Program-made: the position numbers and the translations under genes
Shown here: positions 25,384 to 38,066 of the stretch, piece by piece
How the letters are laid out: each line of letters starts with the position of its first letter
Position numbering within the stretch: the first letter of the stretch is position 1
Source of the DNA: Octopus vulgaris
Lineage: Eukaryota
Direction of reading: 5' to 3'
NCBI GenBank assembly: GCA_951406725.2
Contig: OX597838.1
Location: forward strand, 28,024,001 to 28,088,000
DNA: 64,000 nucleotides
Notes under the pieces: model-generated
Told to the model about the DNA's origin: nothing
What the model saw: only the letters and a program-made list of their open reading frames with translations
Database searches by the model: none

Positions 25384-27355
25384 TCAGGCCATAACCCGTG
25401 GCCCCTACCTGGGACGTAGTCAGTCCACCTGTGCATACCTTCCTTCTTGTGACACTTGTGAAGACCTGTTGAGGCAAGTGAAAGTGAAAATCAAAATAAA
25501 ATAGATGATCATCAATGGAATTTGTATCTTTGTTACCAGTGCCGGTGGCACACAAGAAAACCATCCGAACGTGGCCGTAGCCAGTACCGCATCGACTGGC
25601 CTCCGTGCTGTGGGCACATAGCAAACACCATCCGATCGTGGCCGTTCGCCAGCCTCATCTGGCACCTGTGTCGGTGGCACATAAAGACACCATCCGAAGA
25701 CCCGGCAAGACTAGTCAGGCCATAACCCGTGGCCCCTACCTGGGACGTAGTCAGTTCACCTGTGCATACCTCCCTTCTTGTGACACTTGTGAAGACCTGT
25801 TGAGGCAAGTGAAAATAAAAAATCAAAACAAATCGAAATAGATGAATATCAATGGAATTTGTATCTTTGTGGTACCAGTGCCGGTGGCACACAAGAAAAC
25901 CATCCGAACATGGCCGTAGCCAGTACTGCATCGGCTGGCCTCCGTGCTGTGGGCACGTAACAAACACCATCCGATCGTGGCCGTTCGCCAGCCTCATCCG
26001 GCACCTGTGTCGGTGGCACATAAAAACACCATCCGAAGACCCGGCAAGACTAGTCAGGCCATAATCCGTGGCCCCAACCTGGGACGTAGTCAGTCCACCT
26101 GTGCATACCTTCCTTCTTGTGACACTTGTGAAGACCTTTTGAGGCAAGTGAAAGTGAAAATCAAAATAAAATAGATGAACATCAATGGAATTTGTATCTT
26201 TATGGTACCAGTGCCGGTGGCACACAAGAAAACCATCCGAACGTGGCCGTAGCCAGTACCGCATCGACTGGCCTCCGTGCTGTGGGCACGTAACAAACAT
26301 CATCCGATCATGTCCGTTCGCCAGCCTCATCAGGCACCTGTGTCGGTGGCACATAAAAACACCATCTGAAGACCCGGCAAGACTAGTCAGGCCATAACCC
26401 ATGGCCCCTACCTGGGACGTAGTCAGTCCGCCTGTGCATACCTTCCTTCTTGTGACACTTGTGAAGACCTGTTGAGGCAAGTGATTAAATCAAAACAAAT
26501 CAAAATAGATGAACATCAATGGAATTTGTATCTTTGTGATACCAGGGCCGGTGGCACACAAGATAACCATCCGAACATGGCCGTAGCCAGTACCGCATCG
26601 ACTGGCCTCTGTGCTGTGGGCTCATAACAAACACCATCCGATCGTGGCCGTTCGCCAGCCTCATCTGGCACCTGTGTCGGTGGCACATAAAAACACCATC
26701 CGAAGACCCGGCAAGACTAGTCAGGCCATAACCCGTGGCCTCTACTTGGGACGTAGTCAGTCCACCTGTGCATACCTTCCTTCTTGTGACACTTGTGAAG
26801 ACCTGTTGAGGCAAGTGATCAAATCAAATCAAATCAAATCAAAATAGATGAACATCAATGGAATTTGTATCTTTGTGGTACCAGTGCCGGTGGCACACAA
26901 GAAAACCATCCGAACGTGGCCGTAGCCAGTACCGCATCGACTGGCCTCCGTGCTGTGGGCACGTAACAAACACCATCCATCTGGCACCTGTGTCGGAGAC
27001 ACATAAAAACATCATCCGAAGACCCGGCAAGACTAGTCAGGCCATAACCCGTGGCCCCTACCTGGGACGTTGTCAGTTCACCTGTGCATACCTTCCTTCC
27101 TTCTTGTGACACTTGTGAAGACCTGTTGAGGCAAGTGAAAATCCAATCAAATCAAATCAAAATAGATGAACATCAATGGAATTTGTATTTTTGTGGTACC
27201 AGTGCCGGTGGCACACAAGAAAACCATCCGAACGTGGCCGTAGCCAGTACCGCATCGACTGGCCTCCGTGCTGTGGGCACGTAAGAAACACCATCCGATC
27301 GTGGCTGTTCATCAGCCTCGTCTGGCACCTGTGTCGGTGGCACATAAAAACACCA
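25365..27355 (+). repeat. Tandem array of six ~316-339-bp units
   Basis: GAAGACCCGGCAAGA unit starts at 25365, 25696, 26035, 26368, 26702, 27018. Confidence 0.95.
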
Positions 27356-28141
27356 GCCGAGCGTGGCCGTTCGCCAGCCTCGTCTGGCACCTGTGTCGGT
27401 GGCACATAAAAACACCATTTGAGCGTGGCCGTTCGCCAGCCTCGTCTGGCACCTGTGTCGGTGGCACATAAAATCACCCACTACACTCTCGGAGTGGTTG
27501 GCGTTAGGAAGGGCATCCAGCTGTAGAAACACTGCCAGATCTGACTGGCCTGGTGCAGCCTTCGGGCTCCCCAGACCCCAGTTGAACCGTCCAACCCATG
27601 CTAGCATGGAAAGCGGACGTTAAATGATGATGATGATGATGATGTACATATATATACACACACATGCATATACACACATATACATGCAAATACAAGTATG
27701 TGCATATACATACACTCATACAAACACACATGTATATGTACATTGGTTCATGTTCAACAAATGAGAAAGGAATGCCCAATACATGTCATAAGGCTGTGAT
27801 TCCCAAAATTTTTCAAGTTGCCACCCCCTTGGCATCCAGGTCACACTCATAACACCTCCCTCCCAACTCCCCACCATAAACATAGACCAATTTCTGCTGC
27901 AAATTCAAAACTGTATTTCACAAATAAGACTTAACCAAATTTACCCATAATTATTGTGTGTGTGTGTGTGTGTGGGCCATCCCATTACTGCCCTAACTTT
28001 TCTTCAAACCCCTCCCCCAGATCTCTCCCCCCACCCAGGGGGCAGTATTGTCCATGTTGGGAACTACTGTTGTCGAGGATATGTGGATCTTTAATTGAAA
28101 CTGAAACCTTGTCTTGCAATTCATGTGTGTGTGCATGTGCC

Positions 28142-28189
<48 letters not shown>

Positions 28190-28398
28190 CATACACATGT
28201 GTATATATGTGTGTATATATACGTGTGTACATATATGCACATGTGTATATATATAAATAAGGATAAGATCGTTAATCTAAAAATAAAATAACGATTTTAT
28301 CCGTGTTGATACATGGACAATTAAAGTGGTTTTAGAGTCAGATCATGGCTGCTATTTTCAGCATGGTGGTATCTCTTAGATACCCTAATTTATAATTT

Positions 28399-28484
<86 letters not shown>

Positions 28485-29354
28485 TGTATATAACGTATAT
28501 AATTAAAAAAGCAGAAAGACAAGAAAAAATAACGTGAGGACATGGTACATGCAAAATACACACACACACACTACACAGCCTCCCTTCTGATCAATTCAAC
28601 ATGAGAAGCCATTAATCCAGATATGTTTTTTTTTCCTCTTCACATTTTCCTCCTCTCTTGTTTTCTCTCCTCGTTCCTATCTGTGGAAGAGCATAAAGTT
28701 AGAAACATCAAACACTCTTTCATTTTTCCTGAAGCGTGAAACTAATACACCTGGTTTATTTTTCCTTCACCTGTCTCCCATCTTCTGATTTTTTGTATAA
28801 TTTCGAACGATATATATAAAATGTTTGCGTATGTGTATAATGCATACATGTGTGGTGTGTGTGTGTGTGTGTACATTCAGGAATGAAAAAGCTTTTGGTT
28901 GCAAATGTAGTAGTGTATTAATAATAAGAATAAAAAGAGAAAAAAAATAATCAGGACTGACTGAGATATAATTTCTTAGTTTATTTATACTCAGATATTA
29001 ATAAAAAGTCATTATTTTTTTCTAATGAAATAAAATACCCCTTAAATCCTTTTAGCATCTTTGTGATGTCTTGCATTGAAGAGCCAATCACACATATGCA
29101 CCACACGCAATTGTCATTTGACGTCCACTTTTCCATGCTTGCACAGGTTGGATGGAGTATATGCGAGACAGATTTTCTATGGCTGAATGATATTCCTGTG
29201 GCCAACCCTCACCTGCTTCTGAGCAAGGGGATTGGAAATGAACGACATGGCTTGTATGACAATGACACTTATTTGCTGCTATCATGCACTGTGAATGCAG
29301 GGAGACACACACACACACGCGTGCACATATATATATGTATAAATATTGGGTCAC

Positions 29355-29640
29355 AGGGTTCCCTTTGACCATGGATCCCAAATCCATCGCTGCACATTGA
29401 AATTCACACCACTGTACACCTCCATACTCCAAGCTATGAGGAGGTGAAGACCACCTAGAAAGTTACCCTCCGAGGCACAAATCTGGGCAAGGTTTGTGGA
29501 AGGCCAGTGGTTGCCCATGCATACCAGCCTCCTCTCTCCACACCACTGATGTTATCCAAGGGAAAAGCAAAGGGGTCGATACAGCTTGGCACCAGTGACG
29601 TCGCAACTCATTTCTACAGCTGAGTGAACTGGAGCAACAT
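29355..29640 (-). mobile_element. SINE fragment (unnamed family)
   Basis: GTTGCTCCAGTTCACTCAGCTG...GCTGGTATGCATGGGCAAC...; the latter part is shared with ~3670-3790. Confidence 0.55.
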
Positions 29641-30053
29641 AACTGAAATAGTTACTAATAGATTCATGCTATTATGATACTTGAACAGGCATATTTATAA
29701 AATATGCCATTTTTTCTTGAAGCACATACATACATACATACATAAAACACATAAAAAAACAGGCTTCTTTCAGTTTCCATCCATTCAAAGACTGGTTGAC
29801 TCAGGGTTATTGTAAAGTGCCTTTGCCCAAGGTGCCAGGCAGTGGGACTGAACCAGGAACCATGTTGTTGGGAAGTAAGTTTCTTAACCATACAGATGAC
29901 TCTGGAGCTATAGCAGATGACATTTGGCCAAGTTGCTCTACTGTTGGACTGCAGGCTGAGACTTCGAAGTTACTGTTACTCTTCTTGGAAAACTTTAATA
30001 AACATGCTCTTTATTAAAAAGTATTTACTGGTTCTTCAGCTTAATTCTGGATT

Positions 30054-30099
<46 letters not shown>

Positions 30100-30105
<6 letters not shown>

Positions 30106-30301
30106 CTGTAGTTGTTCCCCTAGCATTGCTTGACAACCGATGCTGGTGTGTTTATGTCCCCATCATTTAGCGGTTCGGCAAAACAGACCAATAGAATAAG
30201 TACTGGGCTTACAAAGAATCAGTGCCGGGGTCGAGTTGCTCGATTAAAGGCGGTGCTCCAGCATGGCCGCAGTCAAATGACTGAAACGAGTAAAAGAGTA
30301 A
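30100..30301 (+). mobile_element. SINE family A, 3' half
   Basis: Matches 1045-1232. Confidence 0.85.
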
Positions 30302-30308
30302 CATCACG

Positions 30309-30339
<31 letters not shown>

Positions 30340-30974
30340 AGACATATACACATATAGGAATATAGACACACACACACACATATATACATGCGTACCCCTT
30401 TCTCTCTGGCATACATGTTTATCAGCTTTTCTCTTACTTTTTTCTCTCATTCTTTATAGTGTACAGAAAAAAAAAAAGAAAAAGAAGTTATTTTGATATC
30501 ACGATGTCACAATATCACATTGAGCTTGTTGTTAAAGATTGTGGTTGTTTCAACTTATCAGCTGACTGAGTTTCTGGAGAGAGAGAGAGGGTGGAGGGGG
30601 TGGAAAACAAAGGACACATACTAAACAAGCACAGTCAAGTATTAATTGAAGTAGTATTTTGTTTATCTGCTGTTGTTATTTAACCCTGAGCTGGTCCACA
30701 TTGAGCAGAAGACTTATAACGAAAAACATTTCAGCTACGACCTTCTCGACTTATTTTCGGGCTTTGTATACCATGGAGCCACGCTATCCTATGCACCTTT
30801 ATAATTTCTACCTGGTCAAATGACTATGTTAGTAACTCCTCTCTTTGGCTACCTTGTTGTTGTCGTTGTTGTTGCTATTGCTGTTGTTTGGCCCTGATCT
30901 AGCAGTCCTACAAACAACTGTATTATTCCAACCATGACCATCTCATTAATTACCCATCATCCATTAAAGTACCA

Positions 30975-31195
30975 CGGCGAGCTGGCAGAAATGTTAGCAT
31001 GCCGGGCGAAATGCTTAGTGGTATTTCGTCTGTTGCTACATTCTGAGTTCAAATTCCGCCGAGGTCGATTTTGCCTTTCATCCTTTTGGGGTCGATTAAA
31101 TAAGTACCAGTTACGCACTGGGGTCGATATAATCCGTTTCTCTGTCCTTGTTTGTCCTCTCTGTGTTTAGCCCCTTGTGGGTAGTAAAGAAATAG
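30975..31195 (+). mobile_element. SINE family B
   Basis: Near-identical to the 7109 and 63196 copies. Confidence 0.87.
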
Positions 31196-31910
31196 ATATG
31201 TGCCCTTCTTTTTCAAGAGCTAGTAGCATTTCATTTAAGAGAGGTTTGGCTGCTATTTGTAGCACATAGAAGCTTCCTCTGATATCTGGAGTGCTTGCCT
31301 AACAATTGCGTTTAAATAACAAAGCATTGCATTGTAAATAAACAGTGTTTTATCTTGTTATTTTGATGTATTTTGGTTTCTTTTAAATTTATTTATATTT
31401 ACTATTATTATTATTATTATTATTATTATCGTCATTATTATTATGTGTTTGGGAAATTATTCATGGTCGAAGTATTTTCACAATTGCACAAACTTACATA
31501 GAGCCATTGTATGTAATGTAACACACATAACAATGCTCTTCCAGCATTTACCCCGTGTGAGTATAAGCAGTCCACAGTCACACATTCATACACAATGTAC
31601 TCCACCTCTCTCCCTCTCTCACAGCCATTGCGCAGAGCTTCACAAGCACGTAAGCACATATCTCAGTCGATATCAGATGTTCACGACGAACGAATGAAGT
31701 GACTATTAAGGAGCTGAGTCTTCACTCGTGATGGTTAACACTTCACTTGCTTTGGCTCAGAGTTTCACTCATTGTGAACAGCTGATTGATTTGGCACAGC
31801 AGGCTTAGTTAGGTACCTCTAGGCTTGATGTATGAATGACATGGCCTTGTAACTCAACTGATTACATACATACATGTATGTATGTATACACACACACACA
31901 CACACACACA

Positions 31911-32305
31911 CTAACAGTATTGCCTGGCATTGCTCGAGTTTGTTTCAACCCTTTAGATTTGGAATTTTTGAAAAGTAAAAATTTTGCATTATGTAGCTTG
32001 TTATTCTCTTTAAGTGAACATTTTTCTGGTTGAATGAAATACACCGAAAAATGGCGACACAGCAGTAAAAAAATTGTAAAAAATAGAGCTTTTCATAGGA
32101 AAAAAAAGCACCTTTTTGATGTAAATAATTTTTGGTGTTAACATGGTCCAATTTGAATTTTTTCTTCTATGGAATGAAGAGCAAGCCTTCTTCTATCATA
32201 CTCTCAATTTTGGTCAACTTGCGCCGCAGGGTCTAGGAGGTGATAGTGTTAGTTGAAGGCTACCAAACCTGCCATACACAGACAACTTCAGCTTTGTATA
32301 TATAA
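31911..32305 (-). mobile_element. Non-autonomous Helitron-like element, second copy
   Basis: Highly similar to 2708-3087. Confidence 0.75.
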
Positions 32306-32622
32306 GGAAAAGGAAGAAACAAAACCAAGGCTGGATGAGTGTCTCAGGTAATTTGGAATATTTAGAGTAAGGTGAATCAAAAATGGAGAAGTGGAAGTAA
32401 TAAATGTCTTACAGCTTTCCTACATGCACACCTTGTCTCTGATGATGGAATACCCAATGTGTGGAGATGTTGACCCATCACCTGGGATATCCCAGAAACA
32501 GCTGTAAGACATTAACTATTACTACTTCTTCATTTTTGATTCACCTTATTCTAATTAAATATTCTAAATGATCTGAGATATTCGTCTTGCCTTGTTTTTC
32601 TTTTCCCTTTTCGTTTAATATA
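32302..32622. mobile_element. Fold-back palindrome, probable Penelope-like element relic
   Basis: Arms 32302-32416 and 32500-32622 are imperfect reverse complements; contains a hammerhead motif. Confidence 0.6.
32434..32511 (+). ncRNA. Type I hammerhead ribozyme (minimal, palindromic stem III)
   Basis: Stem I TGTCT/AGACA; core CTGATGA at 32439-32445; stem II TGGAATACCCA.../...TGGGATATCCCA; GAAAC-AGCT-GTA with predicted cleavage after 32506. Confidence 0.7.
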
Positions 32623-32772
32623 TACCTGCTGACTCAGAAACCTACTACAGATCCCTAGCTCCAGCCTCTGTTGTGATCTTGGAAACAAACAGGTGCTCAA
32701 TTATAGTACTTACACAGCGTACCTATTGGTTTAGACCAGTGAACTGAAGCCCTCATTCTATATATGTATATA

Positions 32773-32808
<36 letters not shown>

Positions 32809-32965
32809 CGATCTCAAGATTAATCAGCCAAAATTGCTAGGATGATCCGGTTCTTGACTGAAGATTGAAGCCTTCGAATGTCCCGTCCGTGTTTTTTGTA
32901 TCGTCTTCTAAATGTTTTACGTTCTTGTCCCAGTTTGTATTTTTCTACATATAATATATACACAT

Positions 32966-33001
<36 letters not shown>

Positions 33002-33039
33002 CAAATGGTGATGATTATATATATATATATGTATGCTTG

Positions 33040-33438
33040 CAATGCGAAATCATAGTTGTGGCTGTTGCTGATGGCACCCATGAAATTGTTTGCATGATCT
33101 TCAAATGTTGGGCCTCATGGAGGCAATGACAAGTGACCAAGACCTTGGTGATACGCTGTGCTTGAAAGGACTTGTCAAGCCGAGTGAAACCATAATTGTG
33201 ACCATTGCCAGTGTCATGTAAATGGCACCTGTGCCGGTAGCATGTACAAAGCATCCGTTACGCTCTTGGAGTGGTTGGCATTAGGAAAGGCATCCAACTG
33301 AAGAAACCATGCCAAATCAGACTGGAAGCTGGTTCAGCTCTCCAGCTTACCAGTTCCAGTCAAATCGTCTAATCCATGCAAACATGGAAAGTAGATATTA
33401 AATGATGATTTTATATATACATATATACATACATACAC

Positions 33439-33479
<41 letters not shown>

Positions 33480-33528
33480 CATATATACATACATACATAT
33501 ATATATATATACATATATACATACATAC

Positions 33529-33604
<76 letters not shown>

Positions 33605-34133
33605 GGCTTCCGTGTCGGTGGCACGTAAAAAGCACCATCCGAATTATGGCCGAAGCCAGTGCCGCCTCGACTGGCTTCCGTGCAGGTGGCACGTAAAATG
33701 CACCAATCCGACCGTGGCCGATGCCAGCCTCGCCTGGCATCAGTGCAGGTGGCACGTAAAAAGCACCCACTACACTCACGGAGTGGTTGGCGTTAGGAAG
33801 GGCATCCAGCTGTAGAAACATTGCCAGATAAGACCGGAGCCTGGTGCAGCCTTCTGGCTTCCCAGATCCCTGGTCGAACCGTCCAACCCATGCTAGCATG
33901 GAGAACGGACGTTAAACGATGATGATGATGATATATATATATAGATGCCAGGCCCACCTGACTGGCTCCTGTGTCGGGGGCATGCAGAAAGTACCCACTA
34001 CACTCTCAGAGTGGCTGACGTTAGGAAGGGCTTCCAGCTGTAGAAACATTACCAGATCAGATTGGAGCAGACCTCTCCAGACCTCAGTGAAACTGTCCAA
34101 CCCATGGCAGCGTGGAAAATGGACGTTAAACAA

Positions 34134-34135
<2 letters not shown>
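33040..34135 (+). mobile_element. Three successive RTE 3'-terminal fragments separated by microsatellites
   Basis: 33040-33408, 33605-33930 and 33946-34135 each end in the TTAGGAAGGGCATCCAGCTGTAGAAAC...TGATGAT-like tail. Confidence 0.8.
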
Positions 34136-34186
<51 letters not shown>

Positions 34187-34500
34187 TATATATATGTGTG
34201 TGTGTGTCACATAGATGATCTCACTCTCTTTATCTCCCTCATTATCTACATGATTATTTTCCCTCTTGGAGGAAGTAAAGTGTTGAAGGGAGAAAGGGAG
34301 AATTAAAGAGCACTTCAAAGAGGAAGATAAACAGTTTGATGACCCACACACAAATTTAAACACATTGTGACAATTTATTTTAGAATATCTCTTTACCACC
34401 GATACACCTTTTCAACTTTGTGTTTCCCCATTTCTTTTTTCTCACTGATTGTCGGCTTTGGTTTGAAGGCGATGTGATAATTTCTCAAAGTAAATTTAAT

Positions 34501-34903
34501 TAGGCGCAGGAGTGGCTGTGTGGTAAGTAGCTTGCTAACCAACCACATGGTTCCGGGTTCAGTCCCACTGCGTGGCATCTTGGGCAAGTGTCTTCTGCTA
34601 TAGCCCCGGGCCGACCAATGCCTTGTGAGTGGATTTGGTAGACGGAAACTGAAAGAAGCCTGTCGTATATATGTATATATATGTATGTGTGTGTTTGTGT
34701 GTCTGTGTTTGTCCCCCTAGCATTGCTTGACAACCGATGCTGGTGTGTTTACGTCCCCGTCACTTAGCGGTTCGGCAAAAAGAGACCGATAGAATAAGTA
34801 CTGGGCTTACAAAGAATAAGTTCTTGGGTCGATTTGCTTGACTAAAGGTGGTGCTCCAGCATGGCCGCAGTCAACTGACTGAAACAAGTAAAAGAGTAAA
34901 GAG
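34501..34903 (+). mobile_element. SINE family A, full length
   Basis: Family head and tail. Confidence 0.92.
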
Positions 34904-34959
34904 TATATATTTCATCAAATGCATAAATTTAATAAAATAATGAAAAAAAAAGTATTAGT

Positions 34960-35262
34960 GGAGGCACATGGCCTAGTGGTTAGGGTGTTGCACTCCTGAT
35001 CCTGTGATTATGGTTTCGATTTCCAGACTGGCTGTGCATTGTGTTCTTGAGCAAAACACTTCGTTTCATGTGGATCCGGTCCACTCAGCTGTGAATGGCT
35101 AACCTTGTGATAGAGTGGTGTGCAAGGTAGTGACTCAGGAAAATCACATGAACGGAGGCCTCGTGAACCGGTTTTGTACTCAGCAATTGAAAGGATGAAT
35201 TGTACAACTCTCACTGTGAATCCAAAACTGGTTGAGAGTTGTGGTTCTCCCACGTCAAAGGA

Positions 35263-35265
<3 letters not shown>
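34960..35265 (+). mobile_element. SINE family C-related
   Basis: GGAGGCACATGGCCTAGTGGTTAGGG...GGTTTCGATTTCC head. Confidence 0.7.
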
Positions 35266-35312
<47 letters not shown>

Positions 35313-35418
35313 CACACACACACACATATGGTTTTATAGGTTTTTATTTTGTGGCCTTTGAACAAAAGGCAGGCACAGACTTCTCATGTTTGTGTGTCCA
35401 TATCTCTCTCTATGTATG

Positions 35419-35481
<63 letters not shown>

Positions 35482-35484
35482 GTA

Positions 35485-36444
35485 CAGGATGTCTTAAAAG
35501 TCATTGGCAGATTTCAAGTTTTAATAACTTCCTTAATTTTTCATATAAATGCATGAAATTTGCATGAAGGTTGTAATGGAAATCAGTATGTAAAAGTGAA
35601 ATTTTGCAACACCCCTACATTACATATGAAAAATGACATTGCTTAAATGGCAGCTATTTTCAGCTTCGCATGCCCATGCTCTTTCCAAAACTTGCACCGT
35701 AACACCCTCAAGAGTTTCATACCCCACTTTGCTGATTTCTCTATTGGTGTTCTCCTTCAATTGCACCAGGGTCTCTTTCAGGTATCTCCACAAGAAAACA
35801 TTTGGGATAGTCTGAGGAATATAAAGACCAGTTGACATTGTCTGTAGCGAGAGATTATTCTCTCTCCAAAGCTTTGCTGTAGCAACTGCATTGTTTCTCT
35901 TGCTGGAATCATGTGTGAGGTTTACTTTGAATGGCTTTCATGTTCCCCAGACTTGACCAGCCTGGATTTTTTCTTGTGTGGATACCTGAAACAGAGGGTT
36001 TACATCAACAAACTGGAGACCCTGGTGCAACTGAAGGAGAACATCAATAGAGAAATCAAAGAAGTGGGGTCTGAAACTCTTGAGGGTGTTACGGTGCAAG
36101 TCTTGGAAAGAGCATGGGTTTGTGAAGCCAAAAATGGCTGCCATTTAAGCAATGTCATTTGGCGTTAGGAAGGGCATCCAGCCATAGAAACACTGCCAGA
36201 TCTGACTGGGCCTGACGAAGCCTTCCAGCTTCACAGACCCCAGTTGAACCGTCCAACCCATGCTAGCATGGAAAGCGGACGCTAAATGATGATGATGATG
36301 ATGTAGGGGTGTTGCAAAATTTGACTTGTGCATATCAATTTCCATTATGTCCTTTATATTGTATCAAAAATTTCATGCATTTAATTGAAGAGTTAAGGAA
36401 GTTATTAAAAATTGAAACCCATCAGTGACTTTTGGGACACCCTG
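35485..36444. mobile_element. Palindromic Tc1/mariner derivative made of two inverted 3' ends, with an RTE-tail insertion (~36157-36303)
   Basis: TA|CAGGATGTC...GACACCCTG|TA termini; WLSCSPDLTSLDFFLCGYLKQRVY on + (35911-36168) and its mirror FLWRYLKETLVQLKEN on - (35620-35838). Confidence 0.85.
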
Positions 36445-36888
36445 TATGTGTGTGTGTGTATTCAATAAAAGTGTGAAGGTTACTCTGATTACTATGCATA
36501 AAATGCTAACTATTTTATTTTTTTTTATAGATTAGGTAGGCATAATTCGCCCCTGCTTTTTAATCTCTGTATTTAAGTTACGCATAATACTGCTGTAGTA
36601 CACTTGCTGTGTACACTCCTACAACACTGTTTTCTTTATGTGCTGTAAAGGCAGAAATAGATCTGTCTTCAACTCAGTTGCACACCTGTGTTTTGCTTAT
36701 TTTTTGTGTTTTTACTACATAAATGTCACCAACTGCCTACCCTGAGTAATTACTGACATCACGTGCATTATATATATATATATGTGGAATGATTCAATGA
36801 CTAAACATGAACTATTATTGGAACTTACCATGTACAGGAAGCTTTTTTACCACTTCTATACATACATACATACATACATACATACATA

Positions 36889-38066
36889 CAGGGTGTGTAA
36901 AATATTTGAGAACAGATTTATGTTAAAAACAAACACACAATAACAGATAATAACTTTACCAAAAAATGCTATGAGGATAGAAATAGACCTTTTAAAAAAT
37001 ATTATTGAATTAAGCCACCTTCAGCTTCAACAATTGCTTCTATGTGAGATCTAAATCGTGTACATGCTCGAATCAAGTGGTCCTGATTCATTTTGGACAT
37101 TACTCTGACTATGGCAGCTTTCAGAGGATCTTTGGTGTTATAGGCATGTTCCTTGACCTCTATCTCAACAACGCTTCACATGTAATAGTCCAATGAATTG
37201 AGATCTGGGGAATTAGGAAGCCAAATGTTAGATGTTATGTGATCATGAAAATTCTCAGCCATCCATTCCTGTATTACTAGAGCCATGTGTGATAGTGCAG
37301 AGTCTTACTGAAACCTATATGGCCTTAGATTGCATGCACTGCCTATCCAGGGCTTAACAATTGTTTCCAGGACCTTAATGTAGGTGGCAGAGTTAACCCA
37401 AAGGCGTTGTGGAAAGAAGTAAGGAGGCATCACATGTCCTTCATTGCTGACAACCCCTAAAACCATGACAGTTGCAAGAAATTTTGTGTGCATAACACCT
37501 GGAACTTCAAAAGGGTCTGCACATCAAATCTTCTTCTGGATTTGTCAGTTTGTTTAAGAGCTTTTTAGATCTGCCGTAGTGATTTTTCTTTTGCTTTTTC
37601 TGACAAATTGACCTTTCCTCATCAGATAAGACTTATATCTGAGGTCTTGGTGGATAGCATTTCTGACTGTTCCTTCTGTCACATGGTGATCTTTTGCAAT
37701 TAACCTCATGGACTTTCTGGGATTGTAATCAATGGTCTCTTAAACTTGCTAGATAAATTCAGGAGTTCTGATGATTTCAGAGCATTTAGAATGCTTTTTA
37801 TGTTTTGATACTGGTGATATGTTTCCATCTTCAGTCTCTAGCTCCTTATAAATTTTATAGATGAAAAATCTGGCAACTTTTAAAAATCGCGATATTTCTA
37901 AATTGCTATGCTCAGCCTTTATAACCACAGTAACAGCATGCCTCTCCATTTCTTGAGTAAGCTGAGGGTCTGCCATTATTATTTTCTGAAACAAAGATTA
38001 TACAAAGTTAGCAAAAAATGCAGCAATGACCCACAAAATGTATGTCCTCAAATACCTTATGCATAT
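36889..38066 (-). pseudogene. Decayed Tc1/mariner-superfamily transposon with transposase pseudogene
   Basis: Minus-strand MERHAVTVVIKAEHSNLEISRFLKVAR (HTH-like), VMVLGVVSNEGHVMPPYFF, WLPNSPDLNSLDY, ACTRFRSHIEAIVEAEGG; TA|CAGGGTGT terminus and a degenerate opposite TIR near 38043-38066. Confidence 0.85.

Larger units (their letters stand above)
24673..27643 (+). mobile_element. 5'-truncated RTE-clade LINE with an expanded 3' UTR and (GAT)n tail
   Basis: C-terminal RT ORF, then six ~330-bp units, ~62-bp sub-repeats and terminal CCAACCCATGCTAGCATGGAAAGCGGACGTTAAA(TGA)n. Confidence 0.9.

Noticed and set aside
25365-27355. 315-aa repeat ORF at 25533-26480; twister or HDV-like ribozyme in the unit
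   Set aside because: The ORF is antisense to a LINE UTR repeat. I could not fit hammerhead, twister or HDV cores by eye; a covariance-model search would settle it.
28680-28715. GGAAGAGCATAAAGTTAGAAACATC as a minimal hammerhead relic
   Set aside because: Possibly Penelope-derived but too degenerate to support from this copy.
32855-32890. CTGAAGA...TTCGAATGTC as a hammerhead
   Set aside because: Lacks GAAA and a convincing stem I or III.
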